In this document: piece after piece, positions 24,331 to 37,890 of the stretch
How positions within the stretch are numbered: position 1 is the first letter of the stretch
Layout: each line of letters opens with the position of its first letter
Origin: Antechinus flavipes
Taxonomy: Eukaryota
Length of the DNA: 64,000 nucleotides
Reading direction: 5' to 3'
Assembly (NCBI RefSeq): GCF_016432865.1
Contig: NC_067401.1
Coordinates: 277,016,001 to 277,080,000, forward strand
Program-made: the position numbers and the translations under genes
The notes under the pieces: model-generated
Seen by the model: the letters and a program-made list of their open reading frames with translations, nothing else
What the model was told of the DNA's origin: nothing
The model's database searches: none

Positions 24331-26974
24331 ATAAATCATCCTTGAATTTAACTATACTCTGATTTTATCCTCTTGTTTAAATTTTTAGCAGGCTAAGATT
24401 CATACAATTCAATTCTTCCAGTAGGAGATCTATTCATTGATCAATGAACAATTTTCTCATATTTAAAGTACAAATACCTATGTTAAAGGATGATTTTAAA
24501 TCTCTAATTCTTAGCACTGTCTATCACCTTTTCTGCTACTCTTCCAAAGGTTAGTACATACATAAAGAGGAAGCTGAGCAGAACTAAAGCAATTTTGCGT
24601 TTGTGTCTGTTTCATTGGTTGATATGCCCTAAAAATCCACCCCTAGTAGCTATTCTGCCAGTTAATACTGAACCTTTCATCCCTTAGCTATTCTGGACCT
24701 CAGAAAATTGACAATTTGTCAATGCAACTGTCTTTCTAGCCTGAGAGAATCTACTAAAATTTGCCTTCCTTGGACATAATCCAAAGACCCAAACCACCTG
24801 CACACTATGATGAAGATCAAGATAAGACTTGGAATAAAAAAAAATACATATTTTCCCAGGGAGATAGGAAGTACTGAGCAAACTAGATGCTGGTATACAA
24901 TCTGGCTTATATTTTTGTTAGATATGTTTAATGGCTTAGTAGTAAATTATTTTCTTAGCAATTCAAACTGTGGAAGACTTCTATTATTGACTAGAATCTG
25001 AGGTACCACAAAAATAATAGTGTTCTTTGAAACTTCCTACCTATTGTTTTATACCTTGTTTTTTAAATTGTTTATCTCAATTTGCAATGTTTTTTTAAAA
25101 GTAAAATTGATTTTGACATGAGTATATACCATATGCAAAACACACTTGTGAAAGAGATATTTTGCTTTTGTTTTTAATAAGGAAACAGGCTTAAAAAGTT
25201 TAAAGTACTTACCTTTTGTTATACTATCAATACTTATCAAAGCCAGGACTAAAAATCTAGTCCTTTCCCCACTAAATGGCTTCTCCATTTGTAAGTTACA
25301 ATAGCCATTAAAGCAAATGTTTTTGTGCTCCTAAACTGAAAGAGTTTGCCTAGATATTTAAAAAGTCAATTGTTAGATAAATACAGAGAGCCATGGAATC
25401 AGAGGGTTGAAAAGGACATTAGAATTGTTTTTAGTTCAATCTCTTTACTTTATAGATGAGAAAATTTAGGGGTGAGGGGGTCAAATGACTAATTCATAGC
25501 CATACATTAATTCCTGTACCCCATTTAATTAAAAGTGCCTAGATATTAGCTAGTCTGGCATAGCAGCTAACAACAGAGCACATAGTAGATAACCTCAATC
25601 AGTGCTCCTTTTTTAAGCCTAGATACTTAATCATATTCATATTGTGGGAAAAATAAGTTATAATTATTAAACTAAGAATATTTAGAACTCTCACAAGCAT
25701 ATATGTTTCCACATGTACATATTTTCCTAAGTATCTGCCTGGTGTTTCTCAACTAGATTTTTATTTCTTGAAGTTGGGACTTACGTCCTCTATGGATTTT
25801 GTTGCCTCCCTAATTTTGTCAAGACCATCAAGACTGATGCTACCCAGACTCAGATAATAACAATGAGTTCTTAGTCCTATTTGGAAAGCATTTTTCCTAA
25901 ATGCCATTCCATAGCCTAGTGTACATTCTTAAGGATTCTTTGTGTGTGTGAGAGCTCAGGGAATTCATGGACACTTTGTTTCCAATAAATATAAACACAC
26001 TAATATATGTAAAAAGAAAGAACCTTATAAATTCATTAGGAAATTATTTTACTAAGGTGTAATTTGCAGGCTTTAACTGATTTTATGTGGGAAATTATCT
26101 AAGTAGAATTGAATATGTTGCTCTTTCCTGTACCCCATTTTAGTTAAAAGTGCCTAGATATTAGCTAGTCTGGCATAGTAGGAAAACTTATTTCCAAACA
26201 GTATTTAAAGATAATTAAGGATATTGGGGGCTGGAACGAGTTTCATCTGACCCTTTAACTGAAATTCAAATTCAATTTCAATAATGTAGGCAGTAGATAA
26301 TGTATGAAATATCCAAAATAAATAACGTTTAATCCAATTACTTACTCTAATTAAGACTGACAAGAGGCAGTATTGCATACTAGAGAGTCAGCCTCATAGG
26401 CAAGAAAACCTGGCTTATTTTTTTCCTGCCATATAATGGCTGTGTGACCCTAAGTCACTTAAACTCTGTGTGCCCCAGTTAACTCTCTCTGACTTTAAAT
26501 TGCAGAGCAGGTACTGATCTGCTTTGGGAGTGGGAGTTTCCTCATTGCTCATCTTCTATATTAATGAAATCACAGGTTCAATCCCCAAAATCCCTTATTC
26601 TCACTGATATAATAACTATTGTCAATATGCTGTAATAGAAATTTTGTAATAGAGGACCTGGGTTCAAATGTTGACTCCCCCACTTACTGATTTTGTAAAT
26701 CACTTCATTCTTTGGATCTCAAAGTCCTCACCTACAAAATGAGTAGATTATGCTAAATTACCTTATAATTTTCTTCCAGTTCTGTCAGTTATTCCGCTAT
26801 CTTGTGACTCAGAGTTTTTCTCTTCCTCTAATGCTTAGTAACTCCCTACGTGACTTCCTTCTCTGGATCTCAGTTTTCCTGAGATATAGAAAAAGGTAAT
26901 TATACTAGAAGGTTTCTAATAAATCTGTGACATTCTCTCTAGAAATGAAAGCTGAGTTGAGTTCAAAGTGCATG

Positions 26975-27320
26975 TTCTTTTTCTCTGTCTCTGTCTCTGT
27001 CTGTCTCTCTCCCCCTCTCTGTCCCTCATCCTCTCTCTTTCGCTCTCCCTTCTTCTCTCTCCCTCCCCCTCTCTCTCTTTATATATATACATATATGTAT
27101 ATATGTACATATATATTATACATACATACATATATATCTTGATACCTAGTGTTGTATGTGCATGCACTATTAAATCCCAGTGTGACATGTTCTTTCCATT
27201 TTACTAAAAGCTACATGCCACAAAAATCTATAACATCATCACCACCACCACCATCCCTGTCATTACTGCCATCACCAGCCTCAGTATCATCACCATCATC
27301 ACCACCACCATCATCATCCT
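26975..27320. repeat. Compound simple repeats: (CT)-rich, (TA/CA)n, then (CAC/CAT)n
   Basis: Seen directly; explains ORFs 26916-27188, 26927-27142, 26968-27207 and 27149-27343. Confidence 0.9.
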
Positions 27321-27469
27321 TATTTGTGTTCTGGAGAATATAATTTAAAAATTCTATGACAATGAACTAGTAACTTTGTCTTCCTTGATCTCATCTTCTT
27401 CACCTGTTAAATGGAGAAGATGATCTCTTTTCATACATTATAAGAGTTGTAGATGAAAGAAAAACCATT

Positions 27470-27735
27470 TGTATTCATTGTTGTTCAGTTATTTTGGTTG
27501 TGTCCAACATTTCATGATGGTACTTTTGGTTTTCTTGGCAAAGATACTGGAGTGGTTTGTTAATTCCTTCTTCAGCTAATTTTATAGATGAGGCAACTGA
27601 GGCAAATAGGATTATGTAATTTACGTAGAGTCACACAGCCAATAAGTCACACAACCAATGAAGTTGGATTTGAAATCAACTTTTCCTGATTCTAAGGCCG
27701 GCATTCCATCTACTGAATTCCTAGCTGTCCTTGTA
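27470..27735 (-). mobile_element. MAR1-type CORE-SINE
   Basis: ttgttgttcagttattttggttgtgtccaac...ttcttggcaaagatactggagtggtttg...tttatagatgaggcaactgaggcaaatagg. Confidence 0.85.
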
Positions 27736-29456
27736 AACATTAGAATATCATTTAAATAGGAGATATTATCATTTTACATTTACATAATACCCCTCTATTT
27801 TCTGGAAACAGGGTTTATTATTGCACTAATTTTTATTCCCTGACCTGATTATCTAGTGTTAATACAACCATTGTGCTTAGCCACAGAATAGGAAAAATGC
27901 TCTATGTCTTCAACATTTTATGTGTGAATTGCCTTTAATGGAAAAGAGAATCATTAGCACTATGTCCATCAGACTAAAGACCAAAAACTTATTCTTGAAT
28001 CCCTGAGATTTTTTTCTTTGTTTTTGAGTGTCAGAAATGGAGTTTTGAAATCCTGTGAGATTGGATTTTGCATTGTTGTTCTCTAAAATTAAATTCACAG
28101 AGGGAGTTGCCTAATTTAAAGATGGCTTCTGTGGCTTCTTATTTCAGCAAATACCCAGAATCCTTTGCATGAATACAATGTGTTCCTGAATATAGTCACA
28201 GCAAATCTCAGACTGGAACAGACAAATGATTTGTGTTGGTGACTAAAATGTCACACTTGTAGTTGTCTTTTTTATTTTTCCCCCTTCAACTGGTCCACTG
28301 AGCATAGCCTTTTTAGTGAGTAACATTATTTGACACAGTGACAGCAGCAATCTCTGGCTAGTGTTAACTTTTAAAAAATACATATTCAGTCATTCCTGGT
28401 ACACAATATTCAATTGCTTGTCTCCATGCCTTTTCAGAGGCTGTCTCTTTTGCCTGGAATATATTCTCTTTTCACTTTCACTTAGAATTCCTAGCTTTCC
28501 CAAAATTCAGGTTAATATCACATACAAAATGAGATTCTTCATCTTTCCAATGAATGAATGGATGGATAGATGAGATAAGAATTATTAAGAGCCTGCTATG
28601 AGCCAGAACTTGTCCTAAATATTTGATAAAAATTATCCCACTTGGTACTCCAAACAACACCTAGAGGGAAGTACTGGGACAGTTATTCAGCTACTAATAC
28701 CACTCCATCCCAGAAGTTACTTTGTATTTATTTATATAAATTCTCTTTGAGAAGCACCATGGCTTAGTGGATGGAGAGCTAACTGCAGTGTAAGAGAAAC
28801 CTTAACTCATACCTCTGACATATCCTGGCTTTATTCAAACAAGTTATTTAACCTCCTCTTGCTTTTAGAAGATCTCTGTTTATGAATTGCAAAGATGCTG
28901 CCAATTTGCATTAAAAGAGTATATTTCTTCATCTAGAAGTTTCCTCTATCATTGAAATAACAAATCCCATCCTATTACTACACATTGTTTATTTGTTCTA
29001 TTTACCTATATGGATGTCTATTGTTTTCCTCAATAGATTATTAGCTCAAGACTGTTTTATTTTGTCTTATTTTTGTATCTTCAGCACATAGCATCTTGTA
29101 GTTACTTAATAAATGCTTATTGATTGATAATTTTTTTTGACAGATCAATCATCAAGTCTGGATCTGAGAGCAGAACCATTTGGTACCCATCTGCATTTCC
29201 CAGTGATATATTTTTCAGTTTCATTTCTTTTATAAACTTTTCACTGTTTCACTTCTATGGCCTTTAGGACCTGGCACATTTCCTGCCCAGGGTTCATTTT
29301 TATTACTAATGTTGGTCTTCTATGCCAATGAATAACAGAAGTTCTCCTAAATTAAATAGCTAGTTAAATCCTCTTGCTCTCCTGGAGATATTTTCAAGGT
29401 TTAAAGTATGCTTTTATACCCTACTAAAGGTTACTGATCCCTTTTTCCTCTTACAG

Positions 29457-29498
29457 CATCAAGCAGCTTTTCCCCTTGCCACTGACATTTGCAATAAA
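29457..29498 (+). other. Candidate 42-bp exon (unverified)
   Basis: Branch-point-like tactgat, pyrimidine tract ccctttttcctcttacag, donor AAA|gtaaga. Two frames open (HQAAFPLATDICNK; IKQLFPLPLTFAI). No recognised protein. Confidence 0.2.
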
Positions 29499-30659
29499 GT
29501 AAGAATTAAAAATTCTCTGGATGCTGAGTCCTGGGAAATAGGTACAACAGTCCTAGAATAATGATATTTGTGTTACACAGATACTAACCTTGGGGCATGC
29601 TCTTAATGACTTTTTTTTTTCAATTTATTAGTCTTTCCCCGTGGCTTCTCAGTGTATAGAACATTTCACAAGGATGTTAAACTCTGGACTCTTTAGTTAT
29701 CATAACTTCTTCTAGTGATTTTAGTGGGATGGGGGTGGGGAGAGGATTGACACAAATTGAATGTCGGAATAAGTTGAATCTTTTAAGTCACAGCAAGAAA
29801 CAAAAGTAGTGCTATTCCTCATATTCTGATTTCAAAAAAAGAATCTGATCTCAAGAGACCAAAAGATTATAGAAGTACTTTTACAAAAGACACAACAGAC
29901 ACTTTTTTTTAGTATGGGTAGGGGAAGAGAACCAACCTTTATTTATAATGTTAGCAGGTTGTCAACTAAAAATAGTGCTGGTGAGCACAGGGATTGAGTA
30001 TGTGAGTGGGGGGAGTGTATGTATGCACATTCACACATGATTTGGGGAGAGAAAAAGTGATTCTTTTTCCTATTGAAAGGAATTAAACCAAGATAAGTAT
30101 GTTAAATGCATTTTTACTTTTATTCTAGGTTGAGCACATAGGTCACTGCTAATTATTCAAAGATATTTTCATACATTTTTCTTATTTTTCTACATCTGTT
30201 GCTTGCCTGATAAAATATTAAGAAAATTTTAAAATTGAAGTTATTATTTTCCACAGTACCTTGCACAGTAGGTCCATAGACTTAGAATTGGAAAGATCCA
30301 TAGAGAACAGCTAGCCCACCTTCTTTCTTTTACACATAAGGAAACTGATGATCAAAGAAACTAAGTGACTTTCCCAACATATACTAGTAAGTAGCCAAAT
30401 CAGGATTTAGACACAGATCCACTGAGAAAAAATCTAGCACTTTCCATAGAAACATAAAATATTTGTTGAATGTCTACTGGCTAAATTAATATTGACATTT
30501 GTTATTTTAAAAGGCCCTTGTGTGCCTATGCATAGCTAAATTGGGTCTGAATTATTCTAAATGCTATTGATTAAAATCAGGAGGAAATGTCAAAAAACAA
30601 ATTTCCACATATCTGGATTTTTTTTCCCTGAAATAGTCACCTTTTGTTTAAATATTTAG

Positions 30660-31410
30660 CACAGAGTACATTGTACCACCATTCCTATAAATATATTAAT
30701 TTTTATATCACTTATCAGGGTATCTCCCCTTCTTCTTTATACCTTCCAGAGAGCAATCTCATATAATAAAAAAATGAAAAAAATAGGGGAAACCATTCTT
30801 CAAAACTAATATATTAAAAATGTTTGACAATGTATGAAGTGTTTTACACTCTTCATCCTCCACATCTGCCAAAAAAGAGAGGGAGAAATATATTTGAATA
30901 TTTATTTCTACTTTGAAACCAAGCTTCATCATTACAATTTCTCAGCACCAGTTTAGATTATTTCACTCTTATGAAATTATTTCATTCTTACATTGTAATG
31001 TAATGGACATCATGTATATTGTTTCCCTAATGAAGTTTAGTCTTGGAATCAGAACAGTCATCTTTACTTAGTTTAAATTAGGCCTCAAAACAATTGCTGG
31101 CTGTGTGACCCCTAGGCAAATTGCTTCACCCTGTTTGCGGCTGGAAAAGGAAATGGTCAATCACTCCAGTATATTTGCCAAGAAAATATCAAAATGAAGT
31201 AACAAAGAATTGGACACAATCAAACAACAACAAAAATTGTTTCCTTGGATCTGGTTACTTCAATATGCATTAGTTCATATGCCTCTTCCCAAGCTTCTCT
31301 ATACTGATCTTACTCATTCTTTCCTATTGCATTGTAATGTTTCATTACATTCAGGTACCACAGCTTATTTAACTTATTCCCCAAATGAGGCAGCTCATTT
31401 TTAACAGTTC
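30660..31410 (-). mobile_element. Old L1 3' UTR fragments, antisense, split by a MAR1 SINE (about 31040-31240, + strand)
   Basis: aaaatgtttgacaatgtatgaagtg...catgtatattgtttcc; resumes ggatctggttacttcaatatgcattagttcatatg...cagcttatttaacttattcccc. Confidence 0.6.
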
Positions 31411-32174
31411 CAGATACTATTCATCATTGAAACACAAGTATTTGTCTATTTTTAAAAATAGCCAATGAAACTACATTTTATATCTGAAATCATTTTATGT
31501 CAGATTCTGAAGGTTCTCTACAGCATATATATCTCTGTATACCTGTGCTTGAATGAGTGAAGGATAAATTGTATGTGGAGCAAGAAGCCACTAATACACT
31601 TAAGGGATAAAGAACAAACCAAAAGAAAGCCACAAATTCAATCTGTGTCCCTATGGCACCTATGTCAAAATTTTAAGGTAACCTAACACTGATGAAAAGC
31701 CTATGCCCTTCTCAGCATCAAGAATCCAATGCTTACAGGCAGCATTCTGCCTCTTCTCAAAGGAAGAGGGCTATTTGATTTGACAGAATGCTCAAAGTCA
31801 GTTATGAGCACTGGTGACTTCTGTGTCTATACTATTAAATGTGACTCTAAATGTTAAATGTGGATTCATGTAAAAGTATTGTAATAGAACTGGTTTTGTA
31901 ACTCTTTATATATGATGATGACCTCATAACCCGCCTTGTGAAATTCATCTTTTAGATGTGATTAACATGTATTGTGTTTTCCCTCCAAAAATGTTTATGT
32001 TAACCATAAATGCCATAATATGTTAAAATACACAGGTTCTTTCACTTAAGGAATAGAGAGCACTCTAAGATTTTTGAGTAAGATGACATAGTCAAATGTC
32101 TATTTTTAGGAATATCAGTTTTGTAGTTGTATCAAAGTTAGATGGGAAATCTACCAATATAATATAACCTCTTT

Positions 32175-32620
32175 CAGTACAGAACTATTTCATTTTGTTT
32201 GTTTTTTGTATCTCTACCATTGAACACAAAACTTGGCGTACAATATGTATTTGATAAATGCTTGTCAATTAACTGATGAAGAGGAAAGAGAGTAAAGACA
32301 GAAAATCTAAGTAAAAGGCTACCAAAACAATTCAGGCAAGAGGCAACGAGGGCCAGAACTAGGGTACACTCATGTGGGTACAAAAAAGAGAATAATTTGA
32401 GAAATGTTAAAAAGATAGGATGGGTTAGATTTAACAACTGATCAGCTATGGGAGCTGAGGGAGTGAGAAAAGTTACAGAGAATTCCAAGGTTGTGAATCT
32501 GGATAACTGGAAAAAAGGTAAGGCTCTCATCAGATATTAGACAGTTTGAAGGAAGAGTTGATGCAAGGGGAAAACAAAATGAGTTCCATTTTGGAAATAT
32601 TAAATTTGAGTAGATCACTT
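32175..32620 (-). mobile_element. L2 fragments
   Basis: acaatatgtatttgataaatgcttgtcaatt; gagtgagaaaagttacagagaattccaaggttgtgaatctggataactgg...gagttccattttggaaatattaaatttgag. Confidence 0.65.
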
Positions 32621-33329
32621 GATATTACTACTTACTACTGTATTATTTGATTTTTTAAAAAATTCTATTTTTGCATAGATCAACTCAATTTACTAATTGA
32701 CCTAGCATTATTTTGTTTGAATAGCTTCCCTGAATATTGGATCTGAAAGGAAGTCAGAAATCATCTAGTATTTGCAGAAGCCAACTGGACCTAAGTACTT
32801 TCATTTTGAAAATTGTCTTCCAAAGATGTGAGGGAATGATTCTTTCCAATTTCTTTTACTAGTCACTAACTATAAGTGGATACTCTTTTATGCTGTAACT
32901 ATATCGTTTTCCACTTTTCTTTCCCTGGGAAAATGTTACTCAATTGTAGAAGTTAACTTAACTAAAGTGATCCTTAAATAACCCTTAAATGCCTGACCTT
33001 GCCTCAGCAGCTATCTGTTATTTTCTCCTTCCCTTATCAATCCCAAGATAATCATATTTTGAGTGCTTAGGAAAGTGTACCCCAAATAGGCATCTTCAAA
33101 CTGACTACCTTGTATACATATACACATACACATATATATAGAGAGAGACATATCCTATATAACAGAATATATATATATAATACATATATAATATATACAC
33201 ACATATCACTTTTGAGGTAGTTTTATATGCTGTCTCCCAATCAACTGTTTGTCTAATAAAAACTTTAAACAATTTGACCTCTCAGCCAAAGTCTGGCCAG
33301 ATTTTATTCTTCAACATTCTCTTAATTTT

Positions 33330-33473
33330 TTTTTATTTTAATTTTTATAATAGATTTTTAATTTTCCAAATATATGCAAAGATAGTTTTCTACATTCACC
33401 TTTGCAAACCTTTGTGTTCTAAATTTTTCTCCCTCTCTCCCCTTCCTCCTTCAAAGCGAACAATCTATATATC
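33330..33473 (-). mobile_element. Short 5'-truncated L1 3' end, antisense, with TSD
   Basis: T tail then ttccaaatatatgcaaagatagttttctacattcacctttgcaaacctttgtgttctaaatttttctccc; TSD ctcttaatttt at 33319-33329 and 33474-33484. Confidence 0.8.
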
Positions 33474-36329
33474 CTCTTAATTTTAAAAGTGAAGATATCA
33501 AGGCGCAGAAAAGTAAAATGATTTCTATTAGATAATGTACTCAGCTATAAGCTAGAATGAAGTTTGTTGAGATTTCCCTTATGTTGATCTCCCTTTCAAT
33601 ACATTCTACTTTCTTAAATCAACATGAATAATTAAACAAAACATTTATATTTCATAAAGGCATTTTTATGTAGAATTCTCAATATAACTTTAAAAAAAAT
33701 AGCAACAATGTGAATTCTGGGGAAAAGGCAACAAGGTATGTTGATATGGGACCTTGAACCAAAATAAGCATTTCAATGGTCCTTTACTTTTATTCTCTCC
33801 AAAGTAAAGTCAATTTTCATGGACTAAAGGCAGTAAAAACATGAAAGATCACCAGACATCTCCTAGAAGCAGAGGAATTAATCTACCAAAAAAATTGTTG
33901 TTGTTGGTGGTGGTTTTTTTACCAATTTTTTTTTTTTTGTATCTAAGAAATTTTACTTTCTTCAATGTTATTTACTTGTATTATTGAAATTTTTATCTGG
34001 ATTTGTTTGGTCACTGCTGGAGAAGTAAAGACAGTGTCTTTTTTAATTAGAATAAAAAGCTCTGTCAATATTGCTCTGTTAGTTTGGGACAGTGCTATTC
34101 TTCTGGAAGAGTTATAGTGACACTGGTATTCAAGTGTCAGGAAAAGAAATCAAATCTGATACTATTTAGGTCATTTCATTAGGCAACTATATATTAACAA
34201 GGAATAGGCTTGGTAAGCAAAGCTTCATTTCAGCTAAGAAGAGTGTGACCATATACAATCTAACTAAATGTGAAATAGTTTGTATGCCATCTCTGAGGAA
34301 GGAATCTGAAATCTTTGTTCTTTTGACTCTGTTCTCTCGATATCTCATAGGAGTAAAAGTAGAAGAACTTGTCACTGATAGGATGCTAGAAAATAGGCTT
34401 TGGATTGTTTTTTCTCAGGATGTCTTATTTGGTTTTGACTTAAAACCCATCAGTTGGTAGGTAACTAAAAACAAGTTTGGGAAGGACTGTGCTATACTGG
34501 CTTCTATGTTCACCTTTGGCTTTCACTTTTCACTTTGGTTGGGATCTAAGTCCAGTCTGTATCAATCATAGTTATATAGGCATAGCCTACCTACTTTTCT
34601 TAATAGGTAGGCCTAAAAGCATTCTTGAGTAGAACAAACTTACTTGAGGCAGTTAGTGTCAAGTTCTGTATTGATTGAGCTTCAAATGAGAACACAAATG
34701 TGCTACAAAATGTTATAACTGTGTTATAGCAGGATATATATCATTGGATAACAATTATTGTTTGGCCAAGTGCTTTACATATGTTAGTTCATTTGAGCCA
34801 TACAAAAATTCTGAGAAGTAGGTACTTTAGATGATGAACAGGAGGAGTTAATAATCCCATTTTATGGGTGAGAAAACTGGAGCTCAAAAAAGTAATTTCC
34901 TAATGAATTTCTGGGTTGGGGTCAAACAGGTTTTCTTAACTCTTAAAACTTTTATTCTGTGTAGTATATCACAGCATTTCTATAGGTGTTTATGTGTTAG
35001 TGTTCTGTGGGATTTATTTCTATATTCTGTGTAAGTAAAACTATGTCCTAGAAAATAAAATATGTAGATGTTAGCAAACAGTGTCTAATCTATATATGAT
35101 TTTATATTCACAGAGGTGGGAAAATTAAGTTCAATAACATAAATGAATTGTTAAAAAGTATATAAAGCCAAGTCTTTAAAAATGAATTTAGTACATTATA
35201 ACCTATTACTGAAAATCTTATATACCAGAAAGCTTATAAATAATTAGGCTTCCTACTATTGAGAGGAATTAATCACACAAAAGTTGTAAAACTGAAGAAA
35301 ACATTTGGTTTCCATTTGAAAATCAAATATTAAAAATTTGCCCCAATACAAGCAACAAAATTTAGTATTATAGATGTATAATGGTACCAAGTTGAACTTC
35401 ATTATTCAAATAGTTCAATAGTGATTTGTAATCCTTGTAGCATTGAAATAGTGATGACAATATAGGTAAAAAGTATATAGAAAGATGAAAAAATAATTAA
35501 TGGTCATTGGTTTTGCTCTGAGTTTGCAAAAGGAGAACACATACAATAACTTAGATTTTACTTATATCAATTATCTAGACAAAGTAATCACTACTATGCA
35601 TCAGTGATATGTCAGGACACAAAATTTAGGCCTGATAAAAGTCTAAAGCCTATTCAAGAATAATTTTACAAAACAGAAAGGATTACATGGTACATGGGAC
35701 AAACTATACCCCAAACTACATAGAAGTTATTAGTTGTGAGAATGAACTCCCAAACCTGAAATAATTTTAGAGAATTTTATTAGATCAGTTGGCAAAGGAA
35801 AGAGCCAGAAGAAGTTATGGTTCCTTCCTAAGTCTTTATGAGATTATGTCAAACAAGGACATAAAGACATTTACCTGATTGGCAACACTAATTTTCAGAG
35901 AAAGATGTATATCAGCAAGTAAGAATAAACATTTACTCTAATTTGGGGATCTAAGTGGGATCTAAGCATTCCCTAAAGTCACCTACCTTCCCTAGAATGT
36001 CTCTAAAGAGTCATCTTGACTCCTACAGTAGATTTTTGGATTGAACAATTTCTAGCTACGTAAAACTAGGCTTAAACAATGTAATAATTCATAAGGTTTC
36101 CAAAAAAGACAATAAAATACTTACCTACAAATTACATCTATATTATAGTTGAAACTAAACAAATTGGATGAGACAAAAATATTTATTGTGACAATTCAGG
36201 AAATAGTAATTAATGATATCTTCTAATAGGAAAAGTAACTTGTATCTAATAGGACATCACTATTCTTTGTGCAGTAGATTTTATCAATAGCCATTATAAT
36301 TCAATTCAAATAAACCACTCAGTTCATTT

Positions 36330-36930
36330 TAACAAAAACAGCAATAAAATTTATTAAGCCCTTTTTATATACTTAGTGCTGGGATTCTACAGAAAGGTAA
36401 AAATATACTCCTGTCCTCAAGAAACTTACATTCTAATGCAAATAATTATTTACAAACAAATTATATCCTGTGTAAAGGTAATCTCACTAAGAAAAGCATA
36501 AATAGTCAGGTGGATGAAACTGAGAAAGTCTTCTTTTAGAATGTAGAGTTTGAGCTGCATTTTGAAGGGAGCCAGGAGATGGAAGTGAAGAGGGGCAAAA
36601 AGGCATTTATTATGGACAGTGTATAATACTAGATATGGGGGACACAAAAACAGAAATAATGCATTGTTTCAGCCATCAAGGAGTTTACATTCACCTTGAA
36701 TATACAATGTAAACACATATAAAATACAAAAAGAGTTAGGCAGTGAAAGAAGCTAAGGAGACATTAGATAATGAAAGATTAAAAAAATATATTTGAGGGA
36801 GAGAAATAATAGCTATGGAAAAGAGAGAGAAAGCAGGAAAGACTTCATATAACTGGTGGCATCTGAGTTAATCTTAAACAGAAAACAATTCTGAAAGGCA
36901 GAGGAAAGGAGGAAGTGCATTTCACATTAG
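36330..36930 (-). mobile_element. L2 fragments
   Basis: ctgtcctcaagaaacttacattctaatg...gagaaagtcttcttttagaatgtagagtttgagctg; second gccatcaaggagtttacattc. Confidence 0.65.
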
Positions 36931-37029
36931 GGTGGGGAAGGCAACATTTAAAAAAGAACTACAAATCTTAGTATTTTCCCCTATTGTACTACATGATCAT
37001 AGCAAGTTTAGAAATATGATAGGTAGAAT

Positions 37030-37560
37030 TTTATAGTAAGATATACTAAAAAGGAAGATGGCTTGAAGTATTGGAGATGTGGACAATACAATCACAAATT
37101 ATTCCAATGTAGAAGGGAACAAAAGAAAAAAGAAACCATAAGAAGAGCTTCCTGACATGCTTAGATGCAAAAGGGAAATATACAAAGCATGGTTGGAAGT
37201 CAAGGGACTAGGTAAGTCTAACAAAAAGGAATTGGCAAAGGCTTATAAGAATATTTCTAGGAAGTTTAAAAGCCCAGATGTTCTGGGACTCATGGGAAAT
37301 GTTAAAATATAGATTGGACCTTTTCAGGTATATTCAAAACAAGAAGAACAAAGAACAGAAATCTTATTTCATGGTGGGCCCATGATGGTAAGTTGGAACA
37401 GAACTATTTAAATCATACCTTGCTCCTGTCTTCTCTGTCAAAAATGATAGAAGATGGTTAAGAGGGAATTGAAAATGATTAGAAAAAGCCCTAGTTACTA
37501 AAGACATGTTTGAATTCAGATTTCAGGTAATGAAATTATCAGGTAGGTTTTAACTATAAT
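37030..37560 (+). mobile_element. CR1/L3 LINE ORF2 remnant
   Basis: Degenerate CR1 ORF2 peptide ELFKSYLAPVFSVK (gaactatttaaatcataccttgctcctgtcttctctgtcaaa), resembling the CR1 ELLNSYFASVF motif, preceded by aaagggaaatatacaaagcatgg. Confidence 0.6.
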
Positions 37561-37619
37561 GAAGAGAGATTAAGGAAGTATCATGGAATAACTTTCAAAA
37601 AACCAAAAACAACTAGTTA

Positions 37620-37890
37620 CTTAGATATCTAGTTATTGTTAGCACAGTGAATTTCAGGCTCTGAACAAGAAGTCAAGAAGATGAGTTCAAATCTGACTTC
37701 AAACACATAAACTCTGTGACCTTGGACAAGTTCACTTAACCTGTTTGCCTTAGTTTACTCAACATGAACTGGGAATGATAGTAATACCTCTCTTCCAGGT
37801 TTATTGTACATTTCCAATGAAATAATATTTATAAAATATTTAGCACAATGTCTGGTACATAATAAGTGCTTTATAAATGCTGGTTATATT
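37620..37890 (+). mobile_element. MIR SINE
   Basis: gagttcaaatctgacttcaaacac...gtgaccttggacaagttcacttaacctgtttgccttagttt...agcacaatgtctggtacataataagtgct. Confidence 0.8.
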
